A stretch of 64,000 nt of DNA, taken from assembly GCF_006345805.1 (NCBI RefSeq), contig NC_043000.1, positions 71,052,001-71,116,000 on the forward strand. The letters are read 5' to 3'. Below the pieces are notes generated by a model. That model made no database searches, was not told the origin of the DNA, and saw nothing but the letters and a program-made list of their open reading frames with translations. A program made the translations under genes and the position numbers. This DNA is from Octopus sinensis (taxonomy: Eukaryota). This document shows, piece after piece, positions 50,975 to 63,399 of this stretch (its first letter is position 1; each line of letters opens with the position of its first letter).

Positions 50975-51220
50975 TCTTTATATATATATAAGAAAGGTTG
51001 TGTGTCTGTCTACTCCAATTTAGATTCCTAACTACTCCCACATTTTGCGATGCAGTTTAACCAAAACCGAGTATCTTATAGTCGTGATTCATATCGAACC
51101 CTTCTGGGTATTAGCGCGCGTCTACGATGAGTCTACGATTTTACAAATAATTTACCATCATTTTCTCCTGTTTTAATGCATATTTTTTTAAATAAAGGGA
51201 AGTAACTCTCAAACTTCACA
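50975..51220 (+). mobile_element. Helitron 5' segment, type C
   Basis: A|TCTTTATATATATATAAGAAAGGTTG start; it is the reverse-complement homologue of ~51880-52118. Confidence 0.75.
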
Positions 51221-51225
51221 CCAAT

Positions 51226-51738
51226 ATGCGTGCTCATATGCGACGTAATATCACATCAGCAGCATTTCCTCACACCCTCCTTGCACTTGGTGATGGCAAA
51301 ATACCAGGGGATGAAAATGGTAATATTGCCATCGATTCCATTTGTACCATTGTTAAGACGCCTTCTGATCTCAGAGATGCAGTGTTCCAAGATCTACAAG
51401 CTAATTATCAGAATATGGATTGGATTGGCCAAAAGGCTATACTGGCCCCGAGGAATAAAACTGTTCACCATATTAATGATGAAATGCTAAAACTCATTCC
51501 TGGAGAAGTCTATGTATATCAGTCTATCAATACAACTCCTGACCCACAGGACGTCATCAACTATCCAATAGAGGTACTCAATTCCTTTGAGCACCCCGGA
51601 CTAACACCACACATTCTCAAACTTAAGGTTGGTCCCCCTATAATGCTCATCAGAAATTTGGTTCCCCCAAAACAATGCAATGGCACACGTTTGATCGTTA
51701 AGTCCTTATCTCCCAGCGTAAACTTATATCAATACTAG
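51226..51738 (+). pseudogene. Fragment of a Helitron PIF1-family helicase
   Basis: LLALGDGK, KAILAPRNKTVHHIN, YPIEVLNSF...PGLTPHILKLKVGPPIMLIRNL.PPKQCNGTRLIV. This matches the Helitron/PIF1 C-terminal helicase motifs. Confidence 0.92.
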
Positions 51739-52118
51739 CAGTATCGCCCGGCGTTGCTCGGGTTGTAAGGGAAATAACTATATAAGCATTTTTAGAGAGT
51801 TATAGCCAAAAAATGCATTAAAAATTGAAAAAAAATTAAGGTAAATTTTTTTTTTAAATCGTTGACACATCGTAGATATTTTTAGAGAGTTACTTCCCTT
51901 ATATAAAAGCGAAAAAAATGCATTAAAATGGAAAAATATGATGGTAAATTTTTTTTAAATCGTAGACTCATCGTAGACGTGCGCTAATACCAGAAGGGCT
52001 CGATATGAATCACGACTATAAGATACCCGCTTTTGGTTAAACTGCACCGCAAAATGTGGGAGTAGTTACGAATCTAAATCGTAGGAGACAGACACACAAC
52101 TTCACTCTTATATAAAGA
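51735..52118 (-). mobile_element. Complete small non-autonomous Helitron (type C, 384 bp)
   Basis: On the minus strand: A|TC start, CCCGAGCAACGCCGGG hairpin and CTAG|T end. Confidence 0.88.
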
Positions 52119-52444
52119 TGCTTTTTTTTTTCAGTCATAGAGTTAGATTTATGAAGGTCTTCAGTAGAAAATCCTTCGAATTCTGACGCGCTGCTTGATA
52201 TAATGAAATTCGTATCCATTTTTTGTCAGAATTACAAATTTTGAAAACACAATAGGAACAAATTTCGGAAAAAAATCTCCCATAATTCACGGAATTAAAA
52301 TTACACTTCGATTTTTGTACAAAACTGTATTTGAAGTGTTTACGAAGTATAATACGTGTTTTCACGAAAGTACTAAAGAGATTTACTCTGATATTCTCAT
52401 TTAAATATGAATAGGTAAATTCGGGCGGTTTGGTAACGAAAGGG
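52119..52444 (-). mobile_element. Left-end fragment of the piggyBac family seen at 56199
   Basis: Reverse-complement homologue of ~56199-56570; CCCTTTCGTTACC terminus with a non-TTAA flank. Confidence 0.88.
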
Positions 52445-52449
52445 TTTAT

Positions 52450-52883
52450 ATAAGTGTCGTCTGTTTATACATAAACACTGTTTCATACTTTCAGTTTAGT
52501 CTTCCTCAAATCACTCTCTTCCAAGAACATTTTCACTCACTCTTATCTGTTAGCTTCCCATACATTTTACTCATGTATCTATCAGCGTGATAGACAGAAA
52601 CAAATATTACATCTAGTTTCACTTTATTCGTTGCACACTGTGTGTGTGCGTTTGCGTGTGCTGTAAACCAGACTAAGAAAAGCATTTGACATACACACCA
52701 GAATGTGAGTTTTCTGTAAATTTTGCTTAATTGGAGTTTAAATTTTAAAAACTGGACCTGGCAAAACCCGATGCATTCTACTCTTAAAAATGCTAGGTAA
52801 ATTGTAATTGAAGAAATCCTATATTGTAGATTTCTATAACTGACAAAGGGAGGCAGATAAAATCTGCCTTTTATAATAAGAGA
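52450..52883 (-). mobile_element. Helitron 5' segment, type B
   Basis: Inverted homologue of 49969-50250. Confidence 0.75.
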
Positions 52884-53940
52884 TTTGCCTGAATAATCAT
52901 CATAATTCAGTGCAATCATTAACAGTACTTTCAAGCAATTCAGCCCCGAGCAACACCGGGCAATTCTGCTAGTACATATATAAAACTGAGAATGTGTGTC
53001 TGTCTGTCTGTGTGTTTCCCTAAAACTTGAGAACTACACAACCAATTTCATTCAAATTTTACACATGCCTTACTTAAGATCCGGGGAGTGTCATCGGCAA
53101 AAAAATTTAACCTTTTTCCTAGGGCGACTCCATAGCAATATATCTTCTCCACTATTTCAGTATTATGTGTTAAAAGTGAAACAAAAACGTCTCTCTATTG
53201 TAATGCAGACACTTTCACTTTAATACTAAAACTATTGAAGTGAAAGTATTATATAACAGGGATGAACCATTAACAGTGGTCATCCATTTTGCTAGAAGAA
53301 GATCCGCTATGGTCTTATATGCTACACCACTAGTTTTCAATTCATATTAATCAAATTAATATTCAATTTTCACCCTTATTATGTGTGTGTGTGTGTATTA
53401 GCAATTTGTATAAAATTGCATCAATGACTTGAACTTGAATAAGTGGTTTCACATAAATGGGGATAAATTAAAAAGGTTTGTTATTATTATTACTGTTTGA
53501 CTATTGTAATCACGTTTGTTGGTTCCTCGTTAGGGAAACGTTGTTGTGTTGCATTTGTTAAATAATTGTAGACCGTAACCTTTCGGAGAAGGGGCTTTGG
53601 TTATTGTTTAAAAATTGAATTGTGTCCCTGTTTGGGGAAATTGACAATATTTTCCCCGTCTTTACGGAAGCATTTTTGTTAAACTGCCTTCGATAGAAGA
53701 AAGTCCAAAAATGAATTTCGCTGCAGCCATACACTTCTATACAAGAGGGAGGACAAGATCCAATTGATCGAAATTGCAAGAGATGGGCCTACAATTCCAG
53801 TCTGTTATATATTTTGAGTATTGTTATCACTAGCGATATCAAGATATAACTTTGTATTTTGTGTGTAGATGTATATATATAGATGTACATGTAATATGTA
53901 CACATATATATACACATATATACATGCATAATATATCTAC
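52884..53940 (+). mobile_element. Helitron 3' end (hairpin 52945-60, CTAG 52969-72) followed by a second type-A copy
   Basis: CCCGAGCAACACCGGG...CTAG|T; 52975-53470 and 53790-53930 are homologous to 49301-49930. Confidence 0.75.
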
Positions 53941-53981
53941 CCATACACACATAGGCACACACACACACACACATACATAGG

Positions 53982-54929
53982 GGCAGGTGTGGCTGTGTGG
54001 TAACAAACTACGTTCCAAACACATGGTCCTGGGTTCAGTCCCACTCCGTGGTGACTTGACATGTGTGCATACTCGACAGAGTGTAAGTACCTTGAGAGAG
54101 AAGTTGGACCTAAGACGCATCAGATGTGGTGTGCAAGAGAGATGACTGCGCTGGTATGGTCATGTGGCAAGAATGGATGAGGATAGCTGTGTGAAAAAGT
54201 GCCACACCCTAGCGGTAGAGGGAACCTTTGGAAGAGGTAGACCTGGGATGAAGTGGTGAAGCACGCCCTTCGAACATTAGGCAATGACTAGTGACTGCGA
54301 CCTTTGGAAATATGCTGTACTTGAGAAGACCTGGCAAGCCAAGTGAGACCATAACCTCGTTGCCTATGCCAGGGGTGTAACCAGCCCACTTATGCGTACC
54401 TTTCCTTCATTGGACACTAAACTCTGCTTGCGAAGACCTGTTGAGGCAAGTGAAATCGAAATAAAAAACGAAATCAAATTCGATGACTGGCATCTGTGCA
54501 AGTGGAACGCTAAGATGACCATCCGAGCGTGATCGTTGCCAGAGCAGCCAACTGGCTTCCATGCCGGTGGCACGTAAAAAGCACCATTTGAGCGCAATCG
54601 TTACCAGTGTCGCCTTACTGGCACATGAAAAAACATTCGAGCGAGGTCATTGCCAGTGCTGCTGGACTGACTCCTGTGCAGGTGGCACTTAAAAAACACC
54701 ATTTGAGCATGGCCATTGCCAATACCACCTAACTGGCCTTTGTGCTGGTGGTACGTAAAAGCACCCACTACACTCTCGGAGTGGTTGGCGTTAGGAAGGG
54801 CATCCAGCTGTAGAAACTCTGCCTGATCAGTTTGGGCCCTGGTGCAGCCATCTGTTTCCCCAGTCCTCAGTCAAATCATCCAATCCAATCTACTATGGAA
54901 AGCAGACATTAAATGAAGATGATGATGAT
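53982..54929 (+). mobile_element. SINE-A tRNA head (53982-54060) joined to an RTE 3' end (54063-54929)
   Basis: The head GGTGTGGCTGTGTGG...GGGTTCAGTCCC stops in the core. RTE ORF end and UTR follow to a (GAT)n tail, and no SINE remainder is seen after it. Confidence 0.75.
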
Positions 54930-55351
54930 AATATATATTTAAACACATGTATTAGATGTTAATTTAACAGTTAATAACTGTAAATACCTTGCAATTGCTA
55001 CGATAATTGTTAATTGAATGGTAAATATGTATTTTTATATACCTTCGATTTAGTGTTATCACATTTGAATTAAAAGTGTAAAAATAAAGTGAAACTATAT
55101 TATAGTGTTATCACATTAGAATTAAAAATGAAATAATATTCACTTTTGACATGTAATACCAAACCAGTGTAAAAGATTTCTCTGGGCCTGCATTAGGCAA
55201 GAAGTTGAAATTTTTTTACCCATGACACTCCATGGATTCTATGTAATGCATGTGTAAAATTTGAATGATATCAGTTGGGTAGTTCTCGAGTTTTAGGGAT
55301 TCACATATACAGTCAGACAGACACACATTCTTAGTTTTATATATATATAGA
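54930..55351 (-). mobile_element. Helitron type-A 5' fragment
   Basis: Minus strand A|TCTATATATATATAAAACTAAGAATGTGTG; homologous to 49301-49480. Confidence 0.72.
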
Positions 55352-56198
55352 TATTTATATATATTTGTATTTGTTATTGTTTATATATGTGTGTGTGTGT
55401 GTGTAGATAGATGTATATATGTATATTTATGTGTATATAATTATTTATGAGTATAGATGCTGTGTGTGTGTATTGGCCATTTCTATCTCCCTCCTAAATA
55501 TTATTACGCCGCACATGGCCTCCCAAAACCACCTACAACACATCAGTCTGTGTTCGGTAGCTCAGAAGACTGTGTAGGTGAGTTCAGCAAACCAGCTTAC
55601 TTAGAGCGGAAGAAGCAGTAGTCAAAGAAATCAGAAGAGTTGAAAATAACAAACAAAACTGTTGACTATAACCAAAATACAAGAACTTTAATTTTGAGGC
55701 CAATAACATTTATTTAATATATAAACAGTTCTTGAGAGAGTTCTTTCCTTTACCTCTGAATTGTGTAGACTTCTTTTGGTGAGCTCTTCTTTTATTCACC
55801 AGTCTAATGATTTATTTTCAATCTTTTCTTTTTTTCAACTTTTCTTTTTTTTACGACTGGATTCTTGCTACTTCCGAATTCATGGTACCATTCTGCCTTC
55901 TTTACATTGTCAAGTTCACTATTTTTGCAGCCAGTTCAAAACCTTCTACCATTCACATTAACCACTGAAACCAACTTCGCACTCGACACCAAATACTGTG
56001 TCAACTGTTCCTCACAAATTTTGCCCGGCATCATTTCCCACATTGACCCCATGGCACTGGCTACTACATAAAAAACCACTGACATTGCCCATCACAAATC
56101 GTCTTTCAACACGAACTAACTTGCCACATGGGCAATAGTAGACTTTATACTTGTCCACACTGTAAAAGCATACCAAAATCATACTGTCTATGCTTTAA

Positions 56199-57259
56199 CC
56201 CTTTCATTACCAAACCGCCTTAAAAAAATTTTGGTTAATGTGACCAAACCGCCCAAAGCTGCCCGAATTTACCTATTCATATTTAAATGAGAATATCAGA
56301 GCAAATCTCTTTAGTACATTCGTGAAAACACGTATTATACTTCATAAAGAGTTCAACTACAGTTTTGTACTAAAATCGAAGTGTAATTTTAATTCCGTGA
56401 ATTTTGGGAGATTTTTTTTCCGAAATTTGTTCCTATTGTATTTTCAAAATTTGTAATTCTGACAAAAAATGGATACAAATTTCATTATATCAAGCAGTGA
56501 GTCAGAATTCGAAGGATTTTCTACTGAAGACCTTCATAAATCTAACTCTATGACTGAAAAAAAAAAGCATGTGCTATTTGTTAATGAATCTGATGTTTCA
56601 TTTTCCGAAAGTGAAAACAGTGAATCCGAGAGCTCCGACAGCGATAAAGAAAATGAATTGGCACCTGAATGGAGTGAAAATTAAAAAACTGTTTCTTTCG
56701 GTGATTTTTCTGAAGAAACTGGACCAAGCTACAGACTTTCCCAGAAGAGTAAAACCTTAGACTATTTCTTTTTACTTTTGAAATCATTACGGCGGAAACG
56801 AACCGTTACGCTAAACGTAAACAAAACGAAAGAAAGGATAGTTAGTAGTTTCCCATAACCTTAAATGAAATTAAGACTATTTTGCCATAAATATTATTAT
56901 GGGTATCAGAAAGTTACCCAGAATAACAAATTCTATCGTAAAATTTTGTTGTATACCCAATTGAATATTAGCTAATAACCCATTTTCTATAGCGATGTTT
57001 GAACAAAATTTTAATAATTTTATATTTTGTTGAATTTACCTGTATCTACCTGCAATTAGAGTCACTTTGTGACAAAAATTATAGTATAGAATTGGTTGAG
57101 AACATTTCATTAAATTATCTTCCAAAATTCACGTTAATATATTGATAAATAAAAAAGTTATAGTTGTTTAATGAAACCAGACTAAATTTATGATTATGTA
57201 AGAAATTAATTGAAACACATAAGGGGTGTATTTTGGTCAGAAATATAGTAACGAAAGGG
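56199..57259 (+). mobile_element. Internally deleted piggyBac DNA transposon (1061 bp)
   Basis: TTAA on both sides; TIRs CCCTTTCATTACCA / TAGTAACGAAAGGG. Acidic N-terminus (ORF 56469) plus ITAETNRYA and EIKT...IIMGIRKLPRI piggyBac transposase N-terminal motifs. Confidence 0.93.
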
Positions 57260-57839
57260 TTAAACAGTCATATGACCACAAAGAATTATTTTTTTCATCT
57301 TCGCTTGCAAAACCAGAGAGCAATTATTCCATTGCTCCTCATTCCAACTTCCTGTTTTTCATTATAAAAGTCATGCACGTAGATATTTGTCCATTTGTTT
57401 GTTAGCTGCACAGTATGAAATATCAGAGTCTAACTTACATTTTGACCATTTCTATCTCCCTCCTAAATATGCAATATCAATTTTGCTTGTAAAGCTCTGC
57501 AGTTCACCCATTTTCTCAAACTCCATTACTGTTGTCACTATCTTTTCATCCCTTTTTTCTTAACCTCCCACCCACCCCTGCCACCATAATAATGCTAGAC
57601 TCACATGTGATCTTTCCTTCTCACTCCTCAACTCTTTGTTAACCCTTTCTTTTTAATAACTAGTTGGCTTTGAATGTTTGAGGACCTGGGCAAATAGTGG
57701 TTCAGGTGAGTTGTAATATCTAATATCTGATAGTGTAACTGATGTTCCTGCTGATAAACACCCCTGCAAACTTTCTCCTTTTCAGGTATTAAGTGCTGTC
57801 CCCCCACCCATCTCCTGTGTTCACTCCATTAACATCCTT

Positions 57840-59590
57840 TGAGCAAGCACAGTCATTATAGGTACATTGAAATATAGGTTTGATGAGGTTGTTGAAATGC
57901 TAGAATAGAGGTATATAAATGTGTGCTGTATGCAAGAAGAAAGGTAGAGAGCAACTTTATGTTCCTTGCAGGCAAAGACTAGGTATAAAATCTCTTGGGG
58001 AAGCAGTAGTGATGGGGTATGGGCTTACTCTTAGCTGAGAAATGGGTAGATAAGACTAATTTTGGAAAGTATAACAACTATTATCTCTGCTTATGCTCCT
58101 CAATGAGGGCTGCTGGAATGAATAAAAGGATTGATTTTATGATGTCCTTTTGCAAACTACTTCAGTGACAAATGATAGTGGCTTTATCTTTGTGGCTAGT
58201 GACTTCAACATGCATATTGGGTAGCATCCTGGTGGCTTCTATGATGTTTATGGAGGCATTTCTAAAATGAGGAAGAAGGCTGTTGGAGTTTTGTAATGCA
58301 AAACTTATCTCAGGAAACCAGCCAGTCACATGATCAGCTATCAACCTGTTGGCCACACAAGCCAAATTGACTATGTTCTCACCAGAAAGATGGATGCTCA
58401 GAAATACAATGACTTACTCGGTAAAGAATGTACTCCTCAACATAGGTTAGTTGTTAGCAGTTTTAGACATTAGATGAGAAGGACTTGGAGAAGCAAACCA
58501 GTCTGGAAAAGGAAGATATGGAAACTTAAGGATCCATTGAAGAGCTAGAGCTTTAGAGACATCTTAATTGAAGCATTAGACAAGAAGGAGGAGGAGATAG
58601 AGACATATAGCATAAAGGATAACTGGAAGTTCCAAATGGACAGTCTACTGAAGGCTACAGACCTAATCTGTGGCTAGTGCAAAGTTCTAACCAGACCAAA
58701 GGTGATGTGGTGTTGGAACAGTAAGATAGAGCTATAAAAGCAAAGAAACAGGACTGGAAGTGTGGCAGTAGTAGAGAATTATACTAGTTAGCTAGAAGAA
58801 AAGAAAAACTAGGTGACAAGTATATTTAGCTATGGAAAGGCAGAATGGAAAAGGTTTGCCAATGTTTGATGACATGAGGTGTTCTAGATTGCAAGACAGT
58901 GTGTCAGAGAAAATTATGATGTTGTAGGACTAAAGTGTGTAAGGGTAGATGATGGTACACTTACATTTAGTGATTCTGCAAAGAAAGAGGTATGGAAGTG
59001 TCACTACGAAAGGCTTCTAAATGTGAAGAATGCATAGGAGAAGGAGAGTCTTCCTAATGTAGATCCAACAGTGGGACCAGCTATCCAAGTTGACAGCAGT
59101 ATGATGGATAAAGCAATTAAGAACATGAAAACAGGGAAAGCCTTTGGTTCATTAGGAATTACCACTGAGATACTATCTGGTGGAGTGGGATACAGCCTAG
59201 TCACTGTATAATTAATCAGGTTGTTCAGGAAGGTATCATACAGAAGTAATTACAGAGATATCAAATTGTTGGACCAGGTCATGGAAGTTACAGGAAGGGA
59301 TTTTGCATAACTGATGTAGAAGGGAGTTAACCTAGATGCAATTTGGGTTTTGTGCCAGGGAGAAGCATTACTAATGCTATCTCCCTTGTAAGGCAACTGT
59401 TGGAGAAACATTTAGCCAAAAATAAACTGCTGTACTTGGCATTTTTCAACATGGAAGAAACCTTTGACTGTGTCCTTTACTCCTTCATCTAGTGATCACT
59501 GCAGAAGCTAGAGGTAGATGAATGACTGGTGAGAACTGTCCATTCACCAAGGCTCAGTTCTCAGTCCCCTGTTTATATCTCTTCAGGGAA
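57840..59590 (+). mobile_element. Heavily degraded RTE LINE (APE + start of RT)
   Basis: Hand translation: EVVEMLE...NVCCMQE, LLLAEKWVDK...IISAYAPQ, WKCHYERLLNV...ESLPNVDPTVGPAI. Confidence 0.78.
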
Positions 59591-60106
59591 ATGGCCATGT
59601 TTGATGTGTATAAATGGTGTAAGTAGAAATTTCATTTGGTCTACCCAGTGCACATAGGGTTTAACACTGACGTGGCCCGTTGTATTAAGATTGCTCAAAA
59701 TACTAGCTAAATGAGTGCCAAGTTGAATTTCCTCAGATCAGTTTCTTTCATTCTTTCAGTTTTTAAATTGTATTTAGTATGTACAACACTGCTGTACATT
59801 GACATCACAATGCACTAGAATGACACCTCCAGTGAGCCCTTAAACACTATCATAGCTATATTTTCAACCAAATTATGATAAAAAAAAGATATACTCAGTT
59901 AAGATTATATCTATAATTATATTAGTCTAATAATTGAGATGTAGATAAATTTCTTATATTCTGTACATATGGGCATGTTATTCATGGGAAATCAACTCAG
60001 GTTTTGCCCTGGAATTATAACAAATTGAGTCATTTTACCAATATTAAATGAATAACCATCATCCTCTAAATCGGTATAAACAAAATATAAACTCAGTTTC
60101 TTTCAG

Positions 60107-60130
60107 AAGCCCTGTTCTGCAAAAATTACA
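60107..60130 (+). CDS. Candidate 24-nt micro-exon
   Basis: ctcagtttctttcAG acceptor and ACA|GTAAGC donor; phase-compatible with 60331-60473. Confidence 0.25.
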
Positions 60131-60330
60131 GTAAGCATTCCATTTCGACATTCTATTTGCTGTTTAATGGTATCATTGGAATATTCTTTTAGTAAATTTG
60201 CTACAAATGACTACAACCTTCCAATGCTACATTCTTCTTTCAAAATTACTAAAGAAATATATTTAAATTACTCTCACAAAGATTGATATAGACACCAGAA
60301 TTTGTCTTTCTGTTTTCCTATATGGGCTAG

Positions 60331-60473
60331 TTTATGCTATAACATTACACCTATTACGAAGAAGTGTGTGCTTTTGGACTAAACTGCTGAATGACGTGTT
60401 TCATCAGTGTGAAATCATGGTATATTTGGCAGTTCAATTTCCCTTTAATTGCCAAATTGTGACCTTCATTCAG
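60331..60473 (+). CDS. Candidate exon YAITLHLLRRSVCFWTKLLNDVFHQCEIMVYLAVQFPFNCQIVTFIQ
   Basis: Pyrimidine tract then AG, 47 open codons and a CAG|GTATCA donor; the peptide is not recognised. Confidence 0.22.
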
Positions 60474-60654
60474 GTATCAGAATATCAAAATATCTACTCA
60501 AGTCTTCAACATAGACCAATTTAGAGGTCAAAATAAAGATTTCTGACACAACTTTAATTCTGAAAACTTTTACTCATGCTATTTGCATGTCTACTTTTTG
60601 TAAGAAAGCAAAATTGTTTACAAAAAGTTTACAAAATGGTCTTTTTAACCTTCT

Positions 60655-61200
60655 GTGCAGTGCAAACTATGGACACAAGAGATGCAGTGAAATCACAGGA
60701 AGGTTAACAAAGAAAATAGTGTTTGTGTGTGGAAAATGGGCAGGAACAATAGATACTAAGAACACTAGGAAATAGATTCCCTCAGATACCTAGGAGATCC
60801 TTAGATGTGGTAGATAGTTTTTGTTAGGAGGATGCTCTGAAAGCATAGTGTCTAGAATCAGAATTAGCTGAGGAAAGTTCACTTGCAACTCAACTTCCTA
60901 ACCCTATTCTAACAAAGGGCTTCTCTCTCATTGAAAGGAAAATAGTATGATTCTTGTGTAGGAACAGCAGTGCTGCATGGGAGTGAGATGTGGGCTGTGA
61001 CTGCAGAGGACATGTGAAGCTTTGTATATGCTCTGCTCTATATGCAATGTTAGTGTACATGTTCAGTAAAGTGCAAATGTGTTCAAAGAAATTTGGGCAT
61101 AAGAGGCATCAGATGTAGTGTGCAAGAGAGAAGACTGAACTGGTATGAACATGTGATGCATGTGGATGAGAATAGCTGCAAGAGGTAGACCCAAGATGAA
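60655..61200 (+). mobile_element. Degraded RTE RT C-terminal fragment
   Basis: HKRCSEITGRLTKKIVFVCG... homologous to 47280-47900. Confidence 0.75.
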
Positions 61201-62129
61201 AAATTACCTTCAGATGTTGAGTCTCAGAGAGGACATGATAATAACCAAGATAATGGGTGATTTGCTTGTGCTCAAGAAGATCCATCTAAGTAAAAATGAG
61301 GCCCTAAAGGCAAATTGTTCATATTTATGACTCTTTCCTCCATAACCCATCTTCCTTAACACTCCTCCCTTCTATCTCCTGCTCTCCTTTCACACACTCA
61401 CAAATTTACCTGCACACTATTTGTCCCTGACAAGTCCCTTCTTTGCAACTCATCTTCGTATTAACTCTCTGCATTTCACTCTTCGCCATCTCCTATCTCT
61501 CTCTTGCAAACTCACTTGCCCACTCAACTTATCCAATTCTTTATCCTGGAATTCCTGTTTTGGGGATAATGAGCAGCTGCCTTGTCACATTTTCTTGGAT
61601 ATACTTGAAATCTTTTTGGGGTCATAGCTATAGGCCCATGATTTGTCACCTGCTATGACTGTTTTCAAAAAGTTTTTGTCTTCCTTGACACAATCAAGGA
61701 GATCCTGTGCAGCTGAAACCCAATCTTCTTTTTGAGACTATCTCACTCTACACACTTTACTTCCAAGGACTGCTATAAACAATGGAAGTGAGCAAGAATA
61801 TTATAACTTAGTGTGCATGTGCAACAAAGTCCAAGGTCTAGTGCCATGACCATAGCAACACTCCTGATACTTTTTGATCAGACCTTGTGTATACATGTAT
61901 ATATAAAGATTTCACTTCGGGACAGTGATACTCATAACATGCTGTTTGAACTCAATATACAAATGCTTCAGAAAAAAGCATTAAGCATATACAGCACATA
62001 AAAAGGAATTAAAGCAATGACAAGGGAACAGGAATTAATCAACTTATGTATGTATGTATGCATGCATGTGTGCATGTATACATACATACACACACACATA
62101 CATATGCACTCATATATATTATTGTCATA

Positions 62130-62975
62130 ATTATTGAATGTCCATCTTCCATGTTGGCATGGATTGTATGGTTTCACAGGATTCAATGGGTTTGAGGACT
62201 GTATCATGTTCCAATGTCAGCTTTGGCATTATTTCTATAACTGGATGCCCTTTCTAATACCATTTCCTTTACAGCATGTACTGAGTGGCATGTAAAAAAC
62301 ACCCACTACACTCTTGGAGTGGTTGACATTAAGGACATCCAGCTGTAGAGACCTTGCCAAATTGGATTGGAACCTGTGCAGCCTCCCAGTTTACTAGTTT
62401 TCAGTCAAACTGTCCAACCCATGCCAGCATAGAAAACAGATGTTAAATGATGATGAATTAAGCAATTTGATAAATGGAATTGATAAAATATTTAATCAAA
62501 ATCGCAATCAAATTCGATGACCGGCATCCATGCTAGTGGAGTGCTAAAAGTACCATACAAGTGTGATCGTTGCCCGAGCAACAAACCGGCCTCCATGCCA
62601 GTGGCACATAAAAAGCACCATTCAAGCATGATTGTTACCTGCGTCACCTTACTGGCATTTGTGCTGGTAGCACGTGAAAAAACATTCGAGTGAGGTTGTT
62701 GCCAGTGCCGCTGGACTGGCTCCTGTGCAGGTGGCACAGAAAAAGCACCATTTGAGCATGGCTGTTGCCAGTACCACCTGACTGGCCTTTGTGCCGGTGG
62801 CACGTAAAAGCACTCACTACACTCTCGAAGTGGTTGGCGTTAGGAAGGGCATCTAGCGGTAGAAACTCTGCCAGATCAGATTGGAGTCTGGTGCAGCCAT
62901 CTGGTTCGCCAGACTTCAGTCAAATCGTCCAACCCATGCTAGCATGGAAAGTAGACATTAAACGAAGATGATGGT
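62130..62975. mobile_element. RTE 3' UTR/tail fragments (one minus, two plus)
   Basis: The conserved tail block and ~45-bp subrepeats; (GAT)n ends at ~62455 and ~62975. Confidence 0.8.
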
Positions 62976-63173
62976 GATGATGGGACTGAATTATTATAAC
63001 TGATAAAATCATTGATGACAGTATTGCAATATGGCAACAGACCATTGACTGAAATCAATAAAAGAATATATGTAACCATATATATGTATATATAGGGGGA
63101 AATTTCACAAAAAAAGACAGGTGATGTAGACAACAAACAGATGTATTAGTTTAATGCTCGGGAAGTGAAAAAG

Positions 63174-63211
63174 TCTTTAACGTTTCGAGCCTACGCTCTT
63201 CTACAGAAAGA
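63174..63211 (-). ncRNA. Minimal type I hammerhead-like motif with a variant core (CUGUAGA), in a probable PLE pLTR remnant
   Basis: Minus strand TCTTT-CTGTAGA-A-GAGC(GTAG)GCTC-GAAA-CG-TT-AAAGA. 5-bp stem I, perfect 4-bp stem II with a tetraloop, palindromic AACGTT helix III. Confidence 0.65.
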
Positions 63212-63399
63212 AACAAGTGTGTGTGTGTGTACACTAAACGTAAATAGTTTCTTTGTTAGTTTCAATGATGAGTATTCCAGATGTTTTATAATGTAACTGC
63301 TTACAAAGTGACTTGTAGAGAAAATGACTAAGGAAATTGGCACATACATTGTTTTTGTTGTAAAATTTAAAAGATCATATAAATTGTTAATTTAATCAC

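Noticed and set aside
55690-56130. Mostly open Lys-rich minus-strand frame (...KKAEWYHEF...)
   Set aside because: It has in-frame stops and no identifiable motif; it may be a decayed TE ORF but cannot be classified.
60380-60480. Hammerhead on the minus strand (CTGATGAAACACGTC); also CTGATGA hits at ~818(-), 20845, 25363, 28558(-), 40151(-) and 42186(-)
   Set aside because: No correctly placed stem II/GAAA/stem I arrangement; several lie inside TE coding sequence.
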